A stretch of DNA of 64,000 nt from Methanothrix sp. (GTDB lineage: Archaea > Halobacteriota > Methanosarcinia > Methanotrichales > Methanotrichaceae): the NCBI GenBank assembly GCA_040770465.1, contig JAXGJB010000009.1, positions 1 to 64,000 of the forward strand, written 5' to 3'. A model generated the notes under the pieces. It made no database searches, was not told the DNA's origin, and worked only from the letters and a program-made list of their open reading frames with translations. Every line of letters begins with the position of its first letter. The first letter of the stretch is position 1. This document shows positions 18,671 through 28,414 of this stretch, piece by piece. A program made the position numbers and the translations under genes.

Positions 18671-19585
18671 TCAATCTTTTCGGTTCCTGTAGATCTCCCT
18701 CAGAACCTCCCGGTGCATCGAGACGACGGCGTCGCCGAGGATCCCCATGAAGAAGAGCTGGAACCCTACGATGATCAGAACGGCCGTCAGGATCGTCAGG
18801 GGTATGTGCTCGGTCCGGGTGGCCAGCCACTCGCTCGCGACGTAGAGGCCGAGGAGGAAGCCGGCGGCTCCGAAGAACGAGCCCATCAGACCGAAGTAGA
18901 ATAGAGGGTTGTGGGTCTTGGCCATCCGGTAGATGGTGGCGATGATCCTCGCGCCGTCCATGAGGGGGTTGAGCTTCGTCTTCGTTCCGGTCGTCCTCGC
19001 CCGGTAGGTTATGGGGACCTCGGCGATCGATAAACCCTTCTTGACGCTCTCGACTGTCATCTCCGTCTCGATCTCGAAGCCCTCCATGGTGAGGTCGAGC
19101 CGTCGGACGGAGTCGCGGTTGAAGGCCCGATAACCGGTGAGGATGTCGTTAAGGGGCACATTGTAGGTTATTCTGAAGAAGAAGTTGATCAATCGATTCC
19201 CTGCCGAGTTCAGACGGGTCAGGGCCCCTTTCTGGAGGTTTCCGAACCGATTTCCCATGACGTGGTCGGCTTTTCCCGCGAGGACCGGGTCGAGGAGGAG
19301 GCCGACCTCGGACGGAAGGTAGGTCCCGTCACCGTCGATCATCACGATGTACTCGGCCTCGATGAGGTCGAAGGCCTCTTTGAGGGCCTGGCCCTTCCCC
19401 TTCCCGCTCTGGACGACGACCCGGGCTCCGGCAGCCTTCGCCAGCTCGCAGGTCCGGTCGCAGCTGTGGCCGTCGATGACTAGGATGTCGTCGAAGCCCA
19501 TCCCCCTGAACTCGCCGATCACCTCGGCGATGGCGTCCTCCTCGTTCAAGGTGGGGATCAGAATGCAGACTTGATGGTCGGTCAA
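18671..19585 (-). CDS. aglJ: GT2 glycosyltransferase, AglJ-like (dolichol-phosphate glycosylation)
   Basis: ILIPTLNEE, IDGHSCDRT, MIDGDGTY, DILTGYRAF and GFEIETE motifs; two C-terminal TM helices. Confidence 0.88.
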   Translation of the reverse strand: MTDHQVCILIPTLNEEDAIAEVIGEFRGMGFDDILVIDGHSCDRTCELAKAAGARVVVQSGKGKGQALKEAFDLIEAEYIVMIDGDGTYLPSEVGLLLDPVLAGKADHVMGNRFGNLQKGALTRLNSAGNRLINFFFRITYNVPLNDILTGYRAFNRDSVRRLDLTMEGFEIETEMTVESVKKGLSIAEVPITYRARTTGTKTKLNPLMDGARIIATIYRMAKTHNPLFYFGLMGSFFGAAGFLLGLYVASEWLATRTEHIPLTILTAVLIIVGFQLFFMGILGDAVVSMHREVLREIYRNRKD

Positions 19586-19652
19586 CGCTGATCAGCTCTT
19601 CTCCCTTTTTCCAGTGGTCGATCCTCGGATGGGGCTCCCTTCTCCGGCCGTG

Positions 19653-20963
19653 TCACCTCAGGGCCCCTTTTATGAACCCCTCAAACCTCTTCACAAGATC
19701 TGCCGCATCCGCCCCCGCGGTCTCGACGTAGAGCCTGATGAGGGGCTGGGTGTTGGAAGGCCTGATGAGGACGGTATAATCCTCGCCGCAGATCTTGAGG
19801 CCGTCGGTGGTATCGGGCTCCAGGGATGCGAGGTCGCTTTCCAGCCGTCTCATCACCTCAGCCGCCGACCCCTCTATCCGGATGCTCTTCTGGACGTAGG
19901 GGTAGTCGGGGATGGCGTCGGCGAGATCTGAGAGCTTCTCGCCCCGGGAGACGATCTCGCCCAAGGCCAAGCTCATGGCGAAGGGGTCGTCGGAGAGCTG
20001 GAACTCCGAGAGGAAGAAGTGGGCGCTCCGCTCGACGCCGAGGACGGCGCCCTCGTTCTTCACCCGGTTCGCGACGTAGACGTCTCCCACCCTCTCCCGG
20101 ATCACCTCGATCCCCAATGGTTCCAGCTCCCGTTCGACGATCATGGAGCAGTCGAAGCCCGCCACCACCTTGTCGCCGGGGCCGTACCGTTCTTTCGCCA
20201 GGATCACCGCCACCTTCTCGGGGGTGACGATCCGCCCCCGATCGTCTACCACCAGGCCCCGGTCGGCGTCGGGGTCGAAGCCGACGCCGTAATCCGCCCC
20301 CGTCTCGACGACCAGCTTTGCAGCATCCCGGAGGGATTCTTCCGTGGGGGCGGGGCCCCGGCCGGGGAACAACCCGTCGGGCTCGCCGTTGATCATCCTC
20401 CCGTCGAAGTCGAGCCTCTGGTAGAGCATGGACATTCCGCAGGCGGAGCCGTTCCCCATGTCCAGGACGATCCGGAGGGGCCGCTCGATGGAGAGCTTCC
20501 CTTCGACGTAGTCGGCGTACCTCTTTATAACATCTTCAGGGGCGCGATTGGTCTTTTTCCCCTCGCCCTCTCGAAAGGCGCCCTTCTCGTAGATCTCCAT
20601 AATCCCGGTCTTGTGGTAGAGCATCCCGTACCCTTCGGCGGTCCTGAACCTGATGCCGTTGTACTCGGGGGGGTTGTGGGAGGCCGAGATGTAGGCGGCA
20701 GCGTCGTAGCCTTTTTTCCAGGTCTCAAAGCTGATAATCGATATCGGAAGGACGCCGTAGCTGTCGACGTTGCAGCCGGTGGATAAGACCCCTTCCAGGA
20801 AGGCCCGCTCCACCGAGGGGCCGCTCACCCTCGTATCCCTCCCGAGAGTTATCCTGCCGTCGGGGAGGTAGGACCCCAGGGCTTTTCCCACCTTCCGCGC
20901 GATACCCTCGGTCAGCTCCGTCCCGTAGACGCCTCGCACGTCATAAGCTCTGAAGACTGTCAC
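19653..20963 (-). CDS. Phosphomannomutase/phosphoglucomutase family protein
   Basis: FRAYDVRG, ISASHNPPEYNG, FDPDADR and IRPSNTQP motifs. Confidence 0.92.
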   Translation of the reverse strand: MTVFRAYDVRGVYGTELTEGIARKVGKALGSYLPDGRITLGRDTRVSGPSVERAFLEGVLSTGCNVDSYGVLPISIISFETWKKGYDAAAYISASHNPPEYNGIRFRTAEGYGMLYHKTGIMEIYEKGAFREGEGKKTNRAPEDVIKRYADYVEGKLSIERPLRIVLDMGNGSACGMSMLYQRLDFDGRMINGEPDGLFPGRGPAPTEESLRDAAKLVVETGADYGVGFDPDADRGLVVDDRGRIVTPEKVAVILAKERYGPGDKVVAGFDCSMIVERELEPLGIEVIRERVGDVYVANRVKNEGAVLGVERSAHFFLSEFQLSDDPFAMSLALGEIVSRGEKLSDLADAIPDYPYVQKSIRIEGSAAEVMRRLESDLASLEPDTTDGLKICGEDYTVLIRPSNTQPLIRLYVETAGADAADLVKRFEGFIKGALR

Positions 20964-21020
20964 GGTAGAGAGGTCGCCAGAATATCTGAAATAGTTTTCG
21001 AAAAACCGTCGGGCTTGCCG

Positions 21021-21782
21021 TCACCTTTCAAGGGACCCTACGGCGTGGCCCGACCTGATAGATCCGATCCTCACACGCACCCGGTCGCCGACGGCTGCGC
21101 CGGGGACGAAGACCTTGAACCCCTCGACGTCGGCGACACCGTCTCCCGACTTGCCAACGCCGAAGATCTCGACTTCAAGAACCTCCCCCACCTTCACCGG
21201 CGGTAAAAAGAACCCCTGGCCGACGACGTACATCTCGGCGCTCTCCTTTCTGGAGGCGGCTGGGGAGTGGGACTGGGCTCTTCTGAACCTCTCCTTCACC
21301 TCCGAGAGGTAGTCGAGGAAGGTGTCCCCCTGGAAGACCTTCACCAGGAAGTTTCCGCCGGGCTTGAGTGCCGATTCGGCGACCTGGAGGGCCGATCGGG
21401 AGAGGTCGATGGACCTTGCGTGGTCGAGGGTCCAGTTTCCCGAGAGGTTCGGCGCCGCATCGCAGATCACGACGTCCGCTTTCCCGCCTAGGGCCTCGAC
21501 GATCAGCTCCAGGGTCTCGGGGGTGGTGATGTCTGCCTTGATCGTCGTCACCCCATCGATCGGCTCGATGGCGAGGAGGTCGACCCCGACGACCCGGCCG
21601 CCGGAGATCTCCTTTGCCACCTGGAGCCAGCCGCCGGGGGCTGCCCCCAGGTCCAGGACGGCGTCGCCCCGCCTGATCAGCCGGAACCTCTTATTGATCT
21701 GCTGGAGCTTGAAGGCCGACCGGGCCCGGTACCCCTCGGCTTTGGCCTTCCGGTAGAAGTAGTCCTTTTGATCCCTGGCCAT
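21021..21782 (-). CDS. rlmE: 23S rRNA Um2552 methyltransferase with C-terminal TRAM domain
   Basis: YRARSAFKL, LDLGAAPGGW, CDAAPN, KVFQG and SRKESAEMY motifs; TRAM GKSGDGVA..VFVPGA.VGD. Confidence 0.93.
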   Translation of the reverse strand: MARDQKDYFYRKAKAEGYRARSAFKLQQINKRFRLIRRGDAVLDLGAAPGGWLQVAKEISGGRVVGVDLLAIEPIDGVTTIKADITTPETLELIVEALGGKADVVICDAAPNLSGNWTLDHARSIDLSRSALQVAESALKPGGNFLVKVFQGDTFLDYLSEVKERFRRAQSHSPAASRKESAEMYVVGQGFFLPPVKVGEVLEVEIFGVGKSGDGVADVEGFKVFVPGAAVGDRVRVRIGSIRSGHAVGSLER

Positions 21783-21918
21783 CAAGGGGTATTTTCGGCC
21801 CAAGGCGATAAAGGGCTTGTGGTTCGACTCAAATAAAAAAAACACGTGGCTCATTAAGCCAGGAAGACGTAGAATCTCCAAATGACCCATGTCTTCTTTT
21901 TAGCTTTCTAGCTTCTTT

Positions 21919-22341
21919 CTAAGTCGAATCCAACCAGTTGATTATCTCCTTTGCGAAACGGGAGAATACGGTCAAGGCTTTGAGGAAGTTCTCGAATACC
22001 AGGTCTGGTTCAATCCCTGTATAACGATGAATCAGAACGTTGCGAAAGCCCCCCAGCCCTTTTATCAGCAAGTAGAGTTCCTCTGAGATCACCTCGTTGT
22101 CAAAGAGGCCCTTCAGGCTCTCCTCGTAGCTTTCTGGATAGACTCCAAATTCTTCTGAGAGAATGTGGTCTGCTATGTCGAAGATCACCGAAGCTCCGGC
22201 GATCAGGCCTCTCTCGATGATCCATCTCTCGCTCAGATCGCTTCTCAGCGAATCGAGGGTGATGTCTCCGTATCTGGAGAGTTCCCGACGTATTATGTCC
22301 AGCTCTTTCAACCGTTCGTCTACTGACTCTCTTCTGAACAT
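21919..22341 (-). CDS. hepT: HEPN (DUF86) RNase toxin of an MNT-HEPN pair
   Basis: GFRNVLIHRY (R-X4-H-X-Y) motif; overlaps the upstream MNT gene. Confidence 0.85.
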   Translation of the reverse strand: MFRRESVDERLKELDIIRRELSRYGDITLDSLRSDLSERWIIERGLIAGASVIFDIADHILSEEFGVYPESYEESLKGLFDNEVISEELYLLIKGLGGFRNVLIHRYTGIEPDLVFENFLKALTVFSRFAKEIINWLDST

Positions 22342-22775
22342 CAGATCATCCTCTTCTTGAGAGCATCCATCTGCCGCCTGCGCATCGGCGCCGTATCGCG
22401 GTAGAGGTGCAGAGTATCCAGAACGAAGCGCTCTCTTGCGGCTTCATCGGAGACGTAGATGGGTCTCCCCGACCTGACGATCTCAAAGCGCAAGACTGGC
22501 GACGCCCTTCGAAGGTCGACCAGGTCGAGCCGCTCGGTCCCCAGGGCGTCGACGATCTTATCCCTCAGCCTCCAGGCGGGCTCTTCCGGCGTCGCGGTCA
22601 GAACGGCGAGATCAACGTCGTGGGGCTCTCGATCGGTTTCATCTCTTGCAAGCGAGCCGAAGAGGTAGGCGAGGATCACGTCCTCCTCCTCAAAGAGGCT
22701 GGTCAGCTTTTCGAGAGAGCTTCTTATCTCCTCAGGAAGGGGCCGATGTCCAGCCCAGCGCTCGGGAATGCCCAT
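22341..22775 (-). CDS. mntA: Minimal nucleotidyltransferase antitoxin
   Basis: YLFGSLAR...HDVDLAV (GS...DxD) and LDLVDL motifs. Confidence 0.85.
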   Translation of the reverse strand: MGIPERWAGHRPLPEEIRSSLEKLTSLFEEEDVILAYLFGSLARDETDREPHDVDLAVLTATPEEPAWRLRDKIVDALGTERLDLVDLRRASPVLRFEIVRSGRPIYVSDEAARERFVLDTLHLYRDTAPMRRRQMDALKKRMI

Positions 22776-22971
22776 AAGATCTCCTCAGTGATTCTGGTGG
22801 TATGCTCGGAATATATATTTTCATCCGAGCGGATCTCAGGTCGGCGCCGGATGGGGCGGATGTCCACGGTTGGGCGCAAAGCCCCAGAGAAAGGGGGACG
22901 AGGCGGCCGTGTGGAGGCGCATTTTGAGGAGAATGGTTTAACTGATTGGTCGCATATATTCGACCAGGTGA

Positions 22972-23190
22972 TTGGACGTGTGGACGTTTACGGCTGTGGT
23001 CTATAGGGAAGAGGAGATGTACGTGGCCCAATGCCCCGAGGTTGGGACGGTCAGCCAGGGTGAGACGCCAGAAGAGGCCGTGGACAACCTGAAAGAGGCG
23101 ACCGAGCTTTACCTGGAAGAGTTTCCTCTGGAAGAAAAGAAACGACCTTTCATAACCACCTTTGAGGTGGTTCCCGTTGTCAAAGCTTAG
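22972..23190 (+). CDS. hicB: HicB-family antitoxin (UPF0150)
   Basis: YVAQCPEVGTVSQGETPEEAVDNLKEATELYLE; the exact start codon is uncertain. Confidence 0.85.
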   Translation: MDVWTFTAVVYREEEMYVAQCPEVGTVSQGETPEEAVDNLKEATELYLEEFPLEEKKRPFITTFEVVPVVKA

Positions 23191-23257
23191 GACGGTCTTT
23201 GGCGAGGCGGCGGTCAAGATTCTCTATAACAAGTTCGATTTTGCCAGGTATCTGTGA
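23177..23257 (+). pseudogene. hicA: Truncated HicA toxin remnant
   Basis: TTG-start frame overlapping the hicB end reads MSKLRTVFGEAAVKILYNKFDFARYL*, like HicA N-termini but stopping before the GSH catalytic motif. Confidence 0.6.
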
Positions 23258-23429
23258 GCATCCGTTCTTGAGTCGGGCTAGTTCCTGCCGAGGGCGTTGA
23301 TTCATCTTGTTTTCGCGGCTCGATCTCTTCGCCTCTGCCTGACCTGCGCGACGTTCACGGAGCCTCCGGGCTCCTGGGGCTTTGACCCTCGTTGTCCGAA
23401 ACAGAACCCTTCATCACCCACCTGGAAAG

Positions 23430-23489
23430 CGTGAACTGCGACGTTCTGGTGGTGGGAGCCTCCCACTCGGGGATCGCGGCCGCCACATC
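23430..23489 (+). repeat. 60-bp duplicate of the 5' end of the geranylgeranyl reductase gene
   Basis: 58/60 identical to 25374-25433 (CGTGAACTGCGACGTTCTGGTGGTGGGAGCC...). Confidence 0.9.
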
Positions 23490-23770
23490 TTCTGCGAAGT
23501 CGTGGGCCGAGGCAATCCTGCGGGTGAGATTCCTCCGATAATCATGACCTCGTCCTGAGGCAACGCACCGCTAGCGGACCATGCGCCACATTTCTGCATT
23601 TGCTAGCAGTCGGAATATACATAGAATCCAAGAAGAGTGGTCCGTCCTTTAGGTAGAAATGGATTAATCAACCCATATAAATATCCGAGTTTAGAGATTC
23701 CACTAATGTGATAACATATAAATAGCATTAAATTTTAACTATGTTAATCCGTATAACAAGGTGAGGAGCT

Positions 23771-25288
23771 ATGATAAAATGGAGTGTCTTAAGTAAATCG
23801 ATTTTAGTTCTGCTGGTTTTGGGTTCGGCTTTGTCGATCAGCCTATGCGCCCAACATGATGACTCTAGCGAGACAGTAGAGGTTTGGCTGACAACCGGAG
23901 ACGAGGCAAATAAATTAAAGCAACAAAATGACAAAAGTTTTACATCAGAAGAAGAGATTAATCATCCGTTTATTTTAATAAAGGAAAATATTAAGTATCA
24001 GACTATGGAAGGTTTCGGAGCTGCAATGACAGATTCCTCTGCCTGGCTGCTTAACGAACTAAAGGCTAATAATAGCACTAAATATTGGGAAGTCATGAAG
24101 GTATTATTCAACAAAACTGAGGGGATCGGCATAAGTTATATCCGTCTGCCCATGGGCGCTTCAGATTTCGCGCGATATAACTACACCTATGATGAGATGC
24201 CATCCGGTCAGGTCGATCCGAATCTCGCAAATTTTTCAATTGATCGCGATAAGGATTACATAATTTCCGTCCTTAAAGATGCAATCGCGATAAACCCACA
24301 AATCAAGTTTATGGCAAGTCCGTGGAGCGCACCAGCTTGGATGAAATTGAACAAAGAACTTAATAACGGTAGCCTCAATCCAGAATACAGGAAAGCATAT
24401 GCGAATTACTTTGTAAATTTCACCCAAGCCTATCAAGATGAAGGGATTCCAATTAGCTTAGTTACAGTTCAAAATGAACCACAAAACCCGACACCGGAAT
24501 ATCCAAGTATGAAAATGGAATGGTACGATCAATCCGATTTTATAATTAACTATCTTGTTCCAGCATTTAAAAATGCCGCAAGAGATGATCCGGATTTTAG
24601 CACAAAGATTCTTGTCTGGGATCACAATTGGGATAATCCATCATATCCGACTAACGTTCTGAATGATATCCAAAATGATACAGATGCGAATGCATCTGTT
24701 GTCGGTTCCGCTTGGCATAGTTATAGCGACGACCCACACCCTGAGAATCTGGGACTAGTTTATAAGTCGCATCCTGATAAAGGCATTTACTTCACAGAAG
24801 CCAGCGGCCACTACGATCCTACAAAACAAAAAGCTGATACATGCTTTGCCGGTGATTTGATTTGGGGCATCGAAAACGTTTCCATTGGAGCAACTCGCAA
24901 TTACGCCAAGACCGTTCTATACTGGAACCTAGCATTAGATCCAAATGGAGGACCACGTCTAATTGAAGATGATGAGTGCAGAATGCGTGGGATTGTAACT
25001 ATAGATCCCCTCAATGAAACCTTCAACAATACAACCGAATATTACGTCCTCGGCCATCTTAGCAAGTTCGTAGATCCAGGAGCAAGAAGGATTAATTCGA
25101 CCTCGAACGCTTCTGTGGATAATGTAGCTTTCCTGAACCCTGATGATTCGATTGTGCTGCTAGTCTTGAACAACGATGATACCAATCCTAAGTCCTTCGA
25201 TGTCCAGTGGCGTGATCAGCATTTCAGCTACGAGCTCCAGAAGCAGTCTGTTGTTACATTCAAGTGGAATCAAACCGCAACCGCCTAA
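23771..25288 (+). CDS. Secreted glycoside hydrolase family 30 (glucosylceramidase / beta-1,6-glucanase-like)
   Basis: YQTMEGFGAAMTDS, RLPMGASDF, ASPWSAPAWMK, QNEP (acid/base), DHNWD, YFTEA (nucleophile), WNLALD and YYVLGHLSKFV motifs; strongly AT-rich. Confidence 0.92.
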   Translation: MIKWSVLSKSILVLLVLGSALSISLCAQHDDSSETVEVWLTTGDEANKLKQQNDKSFTSEEEINHPFILIKENIKYQTMEGFGAAMTDSSAWLLNELKANNSTKYWEVMKVLFNKTEGIGISYIRLPMGASDFARYNYTYDEMPSGQVDPNLANFSIDRDKDYIISVLKDAIAINPQIKFMASPWSAPAWMKLNKELNNGSLNPEYRKAYANYFVNFTQAYQDEGIPISLVTVQNEPQNPTPEYPSMKMEWYDQSDFIINYLVPAFKNAARDDPDFSTKILVWDHNWDNPSYPTNVLNDIQNDTDANASVVGSAWHSYSDDPHPENLGLVYKSHPDKGIYFTEASGHYDPTKQKADTCFAGDLIWGIENVSIGATRNYAKTVLYWNLALDPNGGPRLIEDDECRMRGIVTIDPLNETFNNTTEYYVLGHLSKFVDPGARRINSTSNASVDNVAFLNPDDSIVLLVLNNDDTNPKSFDVQWRDQHFSYELQKQSVVTFKWNQTATA

Positions 25289-25374
25289 TGCGGTTTGATC
25301 CCAACTATATCTTTGGTGTTCTCATTCTCCCTCATAAGAAACCTTCATCACCACCCTTTCCCCACCAAATAGTC

Positions 25375-26535
25375 GTGAACTGCGACGTTCTGGTGGTGGG
25401 AGCCTCCCCCTCGGGGATCGCCGCCGCCACATCGGCCGCCGAGGGCGGAGCCGAGGTGATCCTCCTCGACAAAGATATGGGCGGCGAGTTCGACCACCCG
25501 GCCAACACCTTCTTCGACGGGATGTTCTCCCGGGCGGGTCTCGCGGTCGAGCGGGATTACGTCCTCCACGACCTGGACGGGATGCACATCATCTCGCCCG
25601 GCGGGTGCGTCATCGAGATCCCGGCGCCGGGGAGGTTCATCGACCGATCGAGGTTCGATGATCTTCATCTCGAAAGGGCCGAGATGGCCGGGGCCAAGCT
25701 TCTCCGGGGCGAGGCGAAGAGCGCCCCCCTGGCGAGCGCCAGCCGAAGGGTCGAGACCGATTCCGGCGAGATCGGGGCCCGGGTGGTGATCGACGCCTCC
25801 GGGGTCGATGGTCTGATCGCGAGAAAAGAGGGGCTCGCGCCGCTGAAGCATCCGGAGGACGTCGCCTGGGCCGCCGAGGCGGTCGTCGAGCTTCCGGGCC
25901 TTGGGGAGGAGAAATACTTCGAGTACTTCGTCGGCTCGATCTCGCCGGGCTGGAAGGCGACCTTCTCCCCCGGCGGCGGCGATATGGCAACCCTGGGCGT
26001 CTTCGTCCGGGGGCACGGCCGGGACGTCCGCCCGTTTCTGGAGCGTTTCGTTGAGATGTTTAAGAAATACAAGTCCGCCGACTACGACGTCGCAGAGATG
26101 AAGATAGTCTCCATCAACCGGGGCGGGGACGCGATTGCGACGCTTCCGGGCGAGATCGTCTCCGATTCGCTGATGGCGACGGGGGCGGCGGCGGGGATGA
26201 GCGGGATGGCCTACGCCATCCGGGCGGGGACGATCGTGGGCGAGGTCGCCGCCGGGGCCGCTGCGTCGGGGGACGTCTCGAAAAGGAGGCTTTCGGCATA
26301 CGCCAGCCGGTGGCGCCGCGAGTTCGGCCTGGAGTACCGGATGGGCCGGGCGTCTCTCGTGACCCTCGGCAGGCTGAAGGACGAAGAGATAGACCGGCTG
26401 GCCGAGGGCTTCGCGAAAAGTGACCTCGACCTCTCAGGCTCGTTCTTCAGAAAAGGCCTCTCGGCGGGGATCGCCATGGCCAAGGCGCGGCCCCGGACGA
26501 TCCCCGCCCTCGTCCGGAGCTTCGCCGAGGGCTGA
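25375..26535 (+). CDS. Geranylgeranyl reductase family FAD-dependent oxidoreductase
   Basis: DVLVVGASPSG..AA, IDRSRFD..L...A...GA and VIDASG motifs; GTG start at 25375. Confidence 0.85.
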   Translation: MNCDVLVVGASPSGIAAATSAAEGGAEVILLDKDMGGEFDHPANTFFDGMFSRAGLAVERDYVLHDLDGMHIISPGGCVIEIPAPGRFIDRSRFDDLHLERAEMAGAKLLRGEAKSAPLASASRRVETDSGEIGARVVIDASGVDGLIARKEGLAPLKHPEDVAWAAEAVVELPGLGEEKYFEYFVGSISPGWKATFSPGGGDMATLGVFVRGHGRDVRPFLERFVEMFKKYKSADYDVAEMKIVSINRGGDAIATLPGEIVSDSLMATGAAAGMSGMAYAIRAGTIVGEVAAGAAASGDVSKRRLSAYASRWRREFGLEYRMGRASLVTLGRLKDEEIDRLAEGFAKSDLDLSGSFFRKGLSAGIAMAKARPRTIPALVRSFAEG

Positions 26536-26579
26536 TAAGATAATGGCTTGCGGCTCAGGAGCCTGAGATCGCTCTCGGA

Positions 26580-26885
26580 TTAAGCCACCTCGACGTTGCT
26601 GCTCTCCTCTCTCGCCCCGCCGTCCTCGGGGAGCTTGATCTCGCCGTAGGTCGCCTCGTACCTCTTCAGGTTCGCGCCGAGGGCCCGAAGGAGCCTCTTG
26701 GCGTGCTGGGGGGTTATGGTCACGATGGCGCGCCCCTGGGCGAGGTTCGTTTCGGGGATCTTGTGGAGGAAGGTCAGGGTGACCTCGTCATCGGCGTGGC
26801 TTATCTTGATCAGATTTGCGTAGACCGGCTCCAGGCTCTCGGGTATCCTCACTCCGAGCTGCTGAGTACGCTTCTTCTCCGTCAA
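26580..26885 (-). CDS. DUF3467-like protein
   Basis: VYANLIKISH..EVTLTF...ITPQHAKRLLRALGANLKRYEATYGEI pattern. Confidence 0.75.
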   Translation of the reverse strand: MTEKKRTQQLGVRIPESLEPVYANLIKISHADDEVTLTFLHKIPETNLAQGRAIVTITPQHAKRLLRALGANLKRYEATYGEIKLPEDGGAREESSNVEVA

Positions 26886-27041
26886 ATCATTTTCACCAGG
26901 AGGTCCGTTGGAAGGAGGTCTGTCTTATCCTTTCCGCCGCTTGGGAAAGGGAGGGTGGGATGAAGTGGTGAGGGAAACGAGGTGGGGTGGGAAAAAGGTG
27001 GAAAGGAAAATCCTTTATCTGCTGAGGCGATTCTCACCTCC

Positions 27042-27566
27042 ATGATAGAGCTGAGGAGTGACCCTTACGTCCTGAAGTCCAGAACCGTCCAGGAGACGGA
27101 GCTTGACTTCAGGATCAACCTGAACCTCTCCTGGTGTCGTGGCGTCCTCTTCAACGTGGTGGCGCTGAAGAACTCCGTCGCCATCGTCGAGTACGACGCC
27201 ATCCTCTGGACCGATGAAGCTCTCATGTTCATAGAGTACAAGGACTCGGTCGCCGCCTACAAGAACCTCACCACCAGGCGGATCCAGCAGATAGGAAGCT
27301 TCGCCAAGAACATCGCCGCAGGCCTCGGCTATCGGGCCTACACCTTCCTCGTGGTTGTGAACGGATTGACCGAAGAGACCGCCCGGGGCGGGGCGGTCGT
27401 CATCCCCCTCTTTATGCTCGGAAGCTACGAGCCCACCTTCAGCTCAGCAGTAACGGAGCTGGAGCTGATCGAGAAGTTGATCGAGAAGTACAACCGGGGC
27501 GGAAACCCCGATGTGGCCGGAGACTTTGAGAAGCTGAAGACGATCATCGAGACGGGGTTACCTTGA
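27042..27566 (+). CDS. Hypothetical protein with a PD-(D/E)XK-like motif
   Basis: EYDAILWTDEALMFIEYK; its stop overlaps the aroK start. Confidence 0.7.
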   Translation: MIELRSDPYVLKSRTVQETELDFRINLNLSWCRGVLFNVVALKNSVAIVEYDAILWTDEALMFIEYKDSVAAYKNLTTRRIQQIGSFAKNIAAGLGYRAYTFLVVVNGLTEETARGGAVVIPLFMLGSYEPTFSSAVTELELIEKLIEKYNRGGNPDVAGDFEKLKTIIETGLP

Positions 27567-28414
27567 CCCGAAGGGGAAGGGCGACAGCCCTCGGCGCCGC
27601 CACGATCCTCAACGCCGTCGCCAACTGGAAGGGCTCCGCCTTCGGCGTGGACCTGAAGACCTCCGCCGAGGTGGTCCTGGACGACTCGCCCCGGGTCAGA
27701 GGAGACGTTCACGGCATCGACGACCGGCTGATCGTCCGATCCGTTGAGCGGGTCCTGGAGAGGTTCGGCGTCGCCTCCGGGGGCGTCGTCAGGACAGAGA
27801 GCGAGATCCCCCTCGCTCGGGGGCTCAAGAGCAGCAGCGCCGCCGCCAACGCCGCGGTCCTCGCGACCCTCGACGCCCTGGGCGAGGAGCTGGACTCCAT
27901 AGAGGCGACGAAGATCGGGGTCGCGGCGGCACGGGACGCCGGGGTCACCATCACCGGAGCCTTCGACGACGCCGCGGCATCGATGCTGGGGGGGGTCGTC
28001 GTCACAGACAACCGGGAGATGAAGCTTCTCAAAAGAGTGGAGGTGGATTCAGAGGTCCTCCTCCTCGTCCCCGAGGAGAAGATATTCTCAAAAGACACCG
28101 ACGTCCGGAGGTCGCGGCTAATAGCGCCCATCGCGGACCTGATCTTCGAGCTCGCCCTCGCCGGCGACTACCCACGGGCGATGACCCTCAACGGCCTCGT
28201 CTACTGCTCCGCCCTGAAGCTATCAAGCGACCCCATATTCGCGGCCCTCGCCTCCGGCGCGAGGGGCGCCAGCCTCTCGGGGACGGGTCCAGCCTACGCC
28301 GCCCTCGTGGAGGACGAAAATATCGACGATGTCGAGTCGGCGATGCTCGATCTGGGCGGAAGGGTGATAAGGACGAAGGTTAACAACAGGGGCTCGTTCA
28401 TCGGATCGAGGTGA
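27563..28414 (+). CDS. aroK: Archaeal shikimate kinase (GHMP family)
   Basis: GAATILNA, SEIPLARGLKSSSAAANA, TITGAFDDA and LSGTGP motifs. Confidence 0.93.
   Translation: MTRRGRATALGAATILNAVANWKGSAFGVDLKTSAEVVLDDSPRVRGDVHGIDDRLIVRSVERVLERFGVASGGVVRTESEIPLARGLKSSSAAANAAVLATLDALGEELDSIEATKIGVAAARDAGVTITGAFDDAAASMLGGVVVTDNREMKLLKRVEVDSEVLLLVPEEKIFSKDTDVRRSRLIAPIADLIFELALAGDYPRAMTLNGLVYCSALKLSSDPIFAALASGARGASLSGTGPAYAALVEDENIDDVESAMLDLGGRVIRTKVNNRGSFIGSR

Noticed and set aside
25264-25374. N-terminal extension of the GGR ORF
   Set aside because: It overlaps the GH30 end; homology and the duplicated segment start at GTG 25375.
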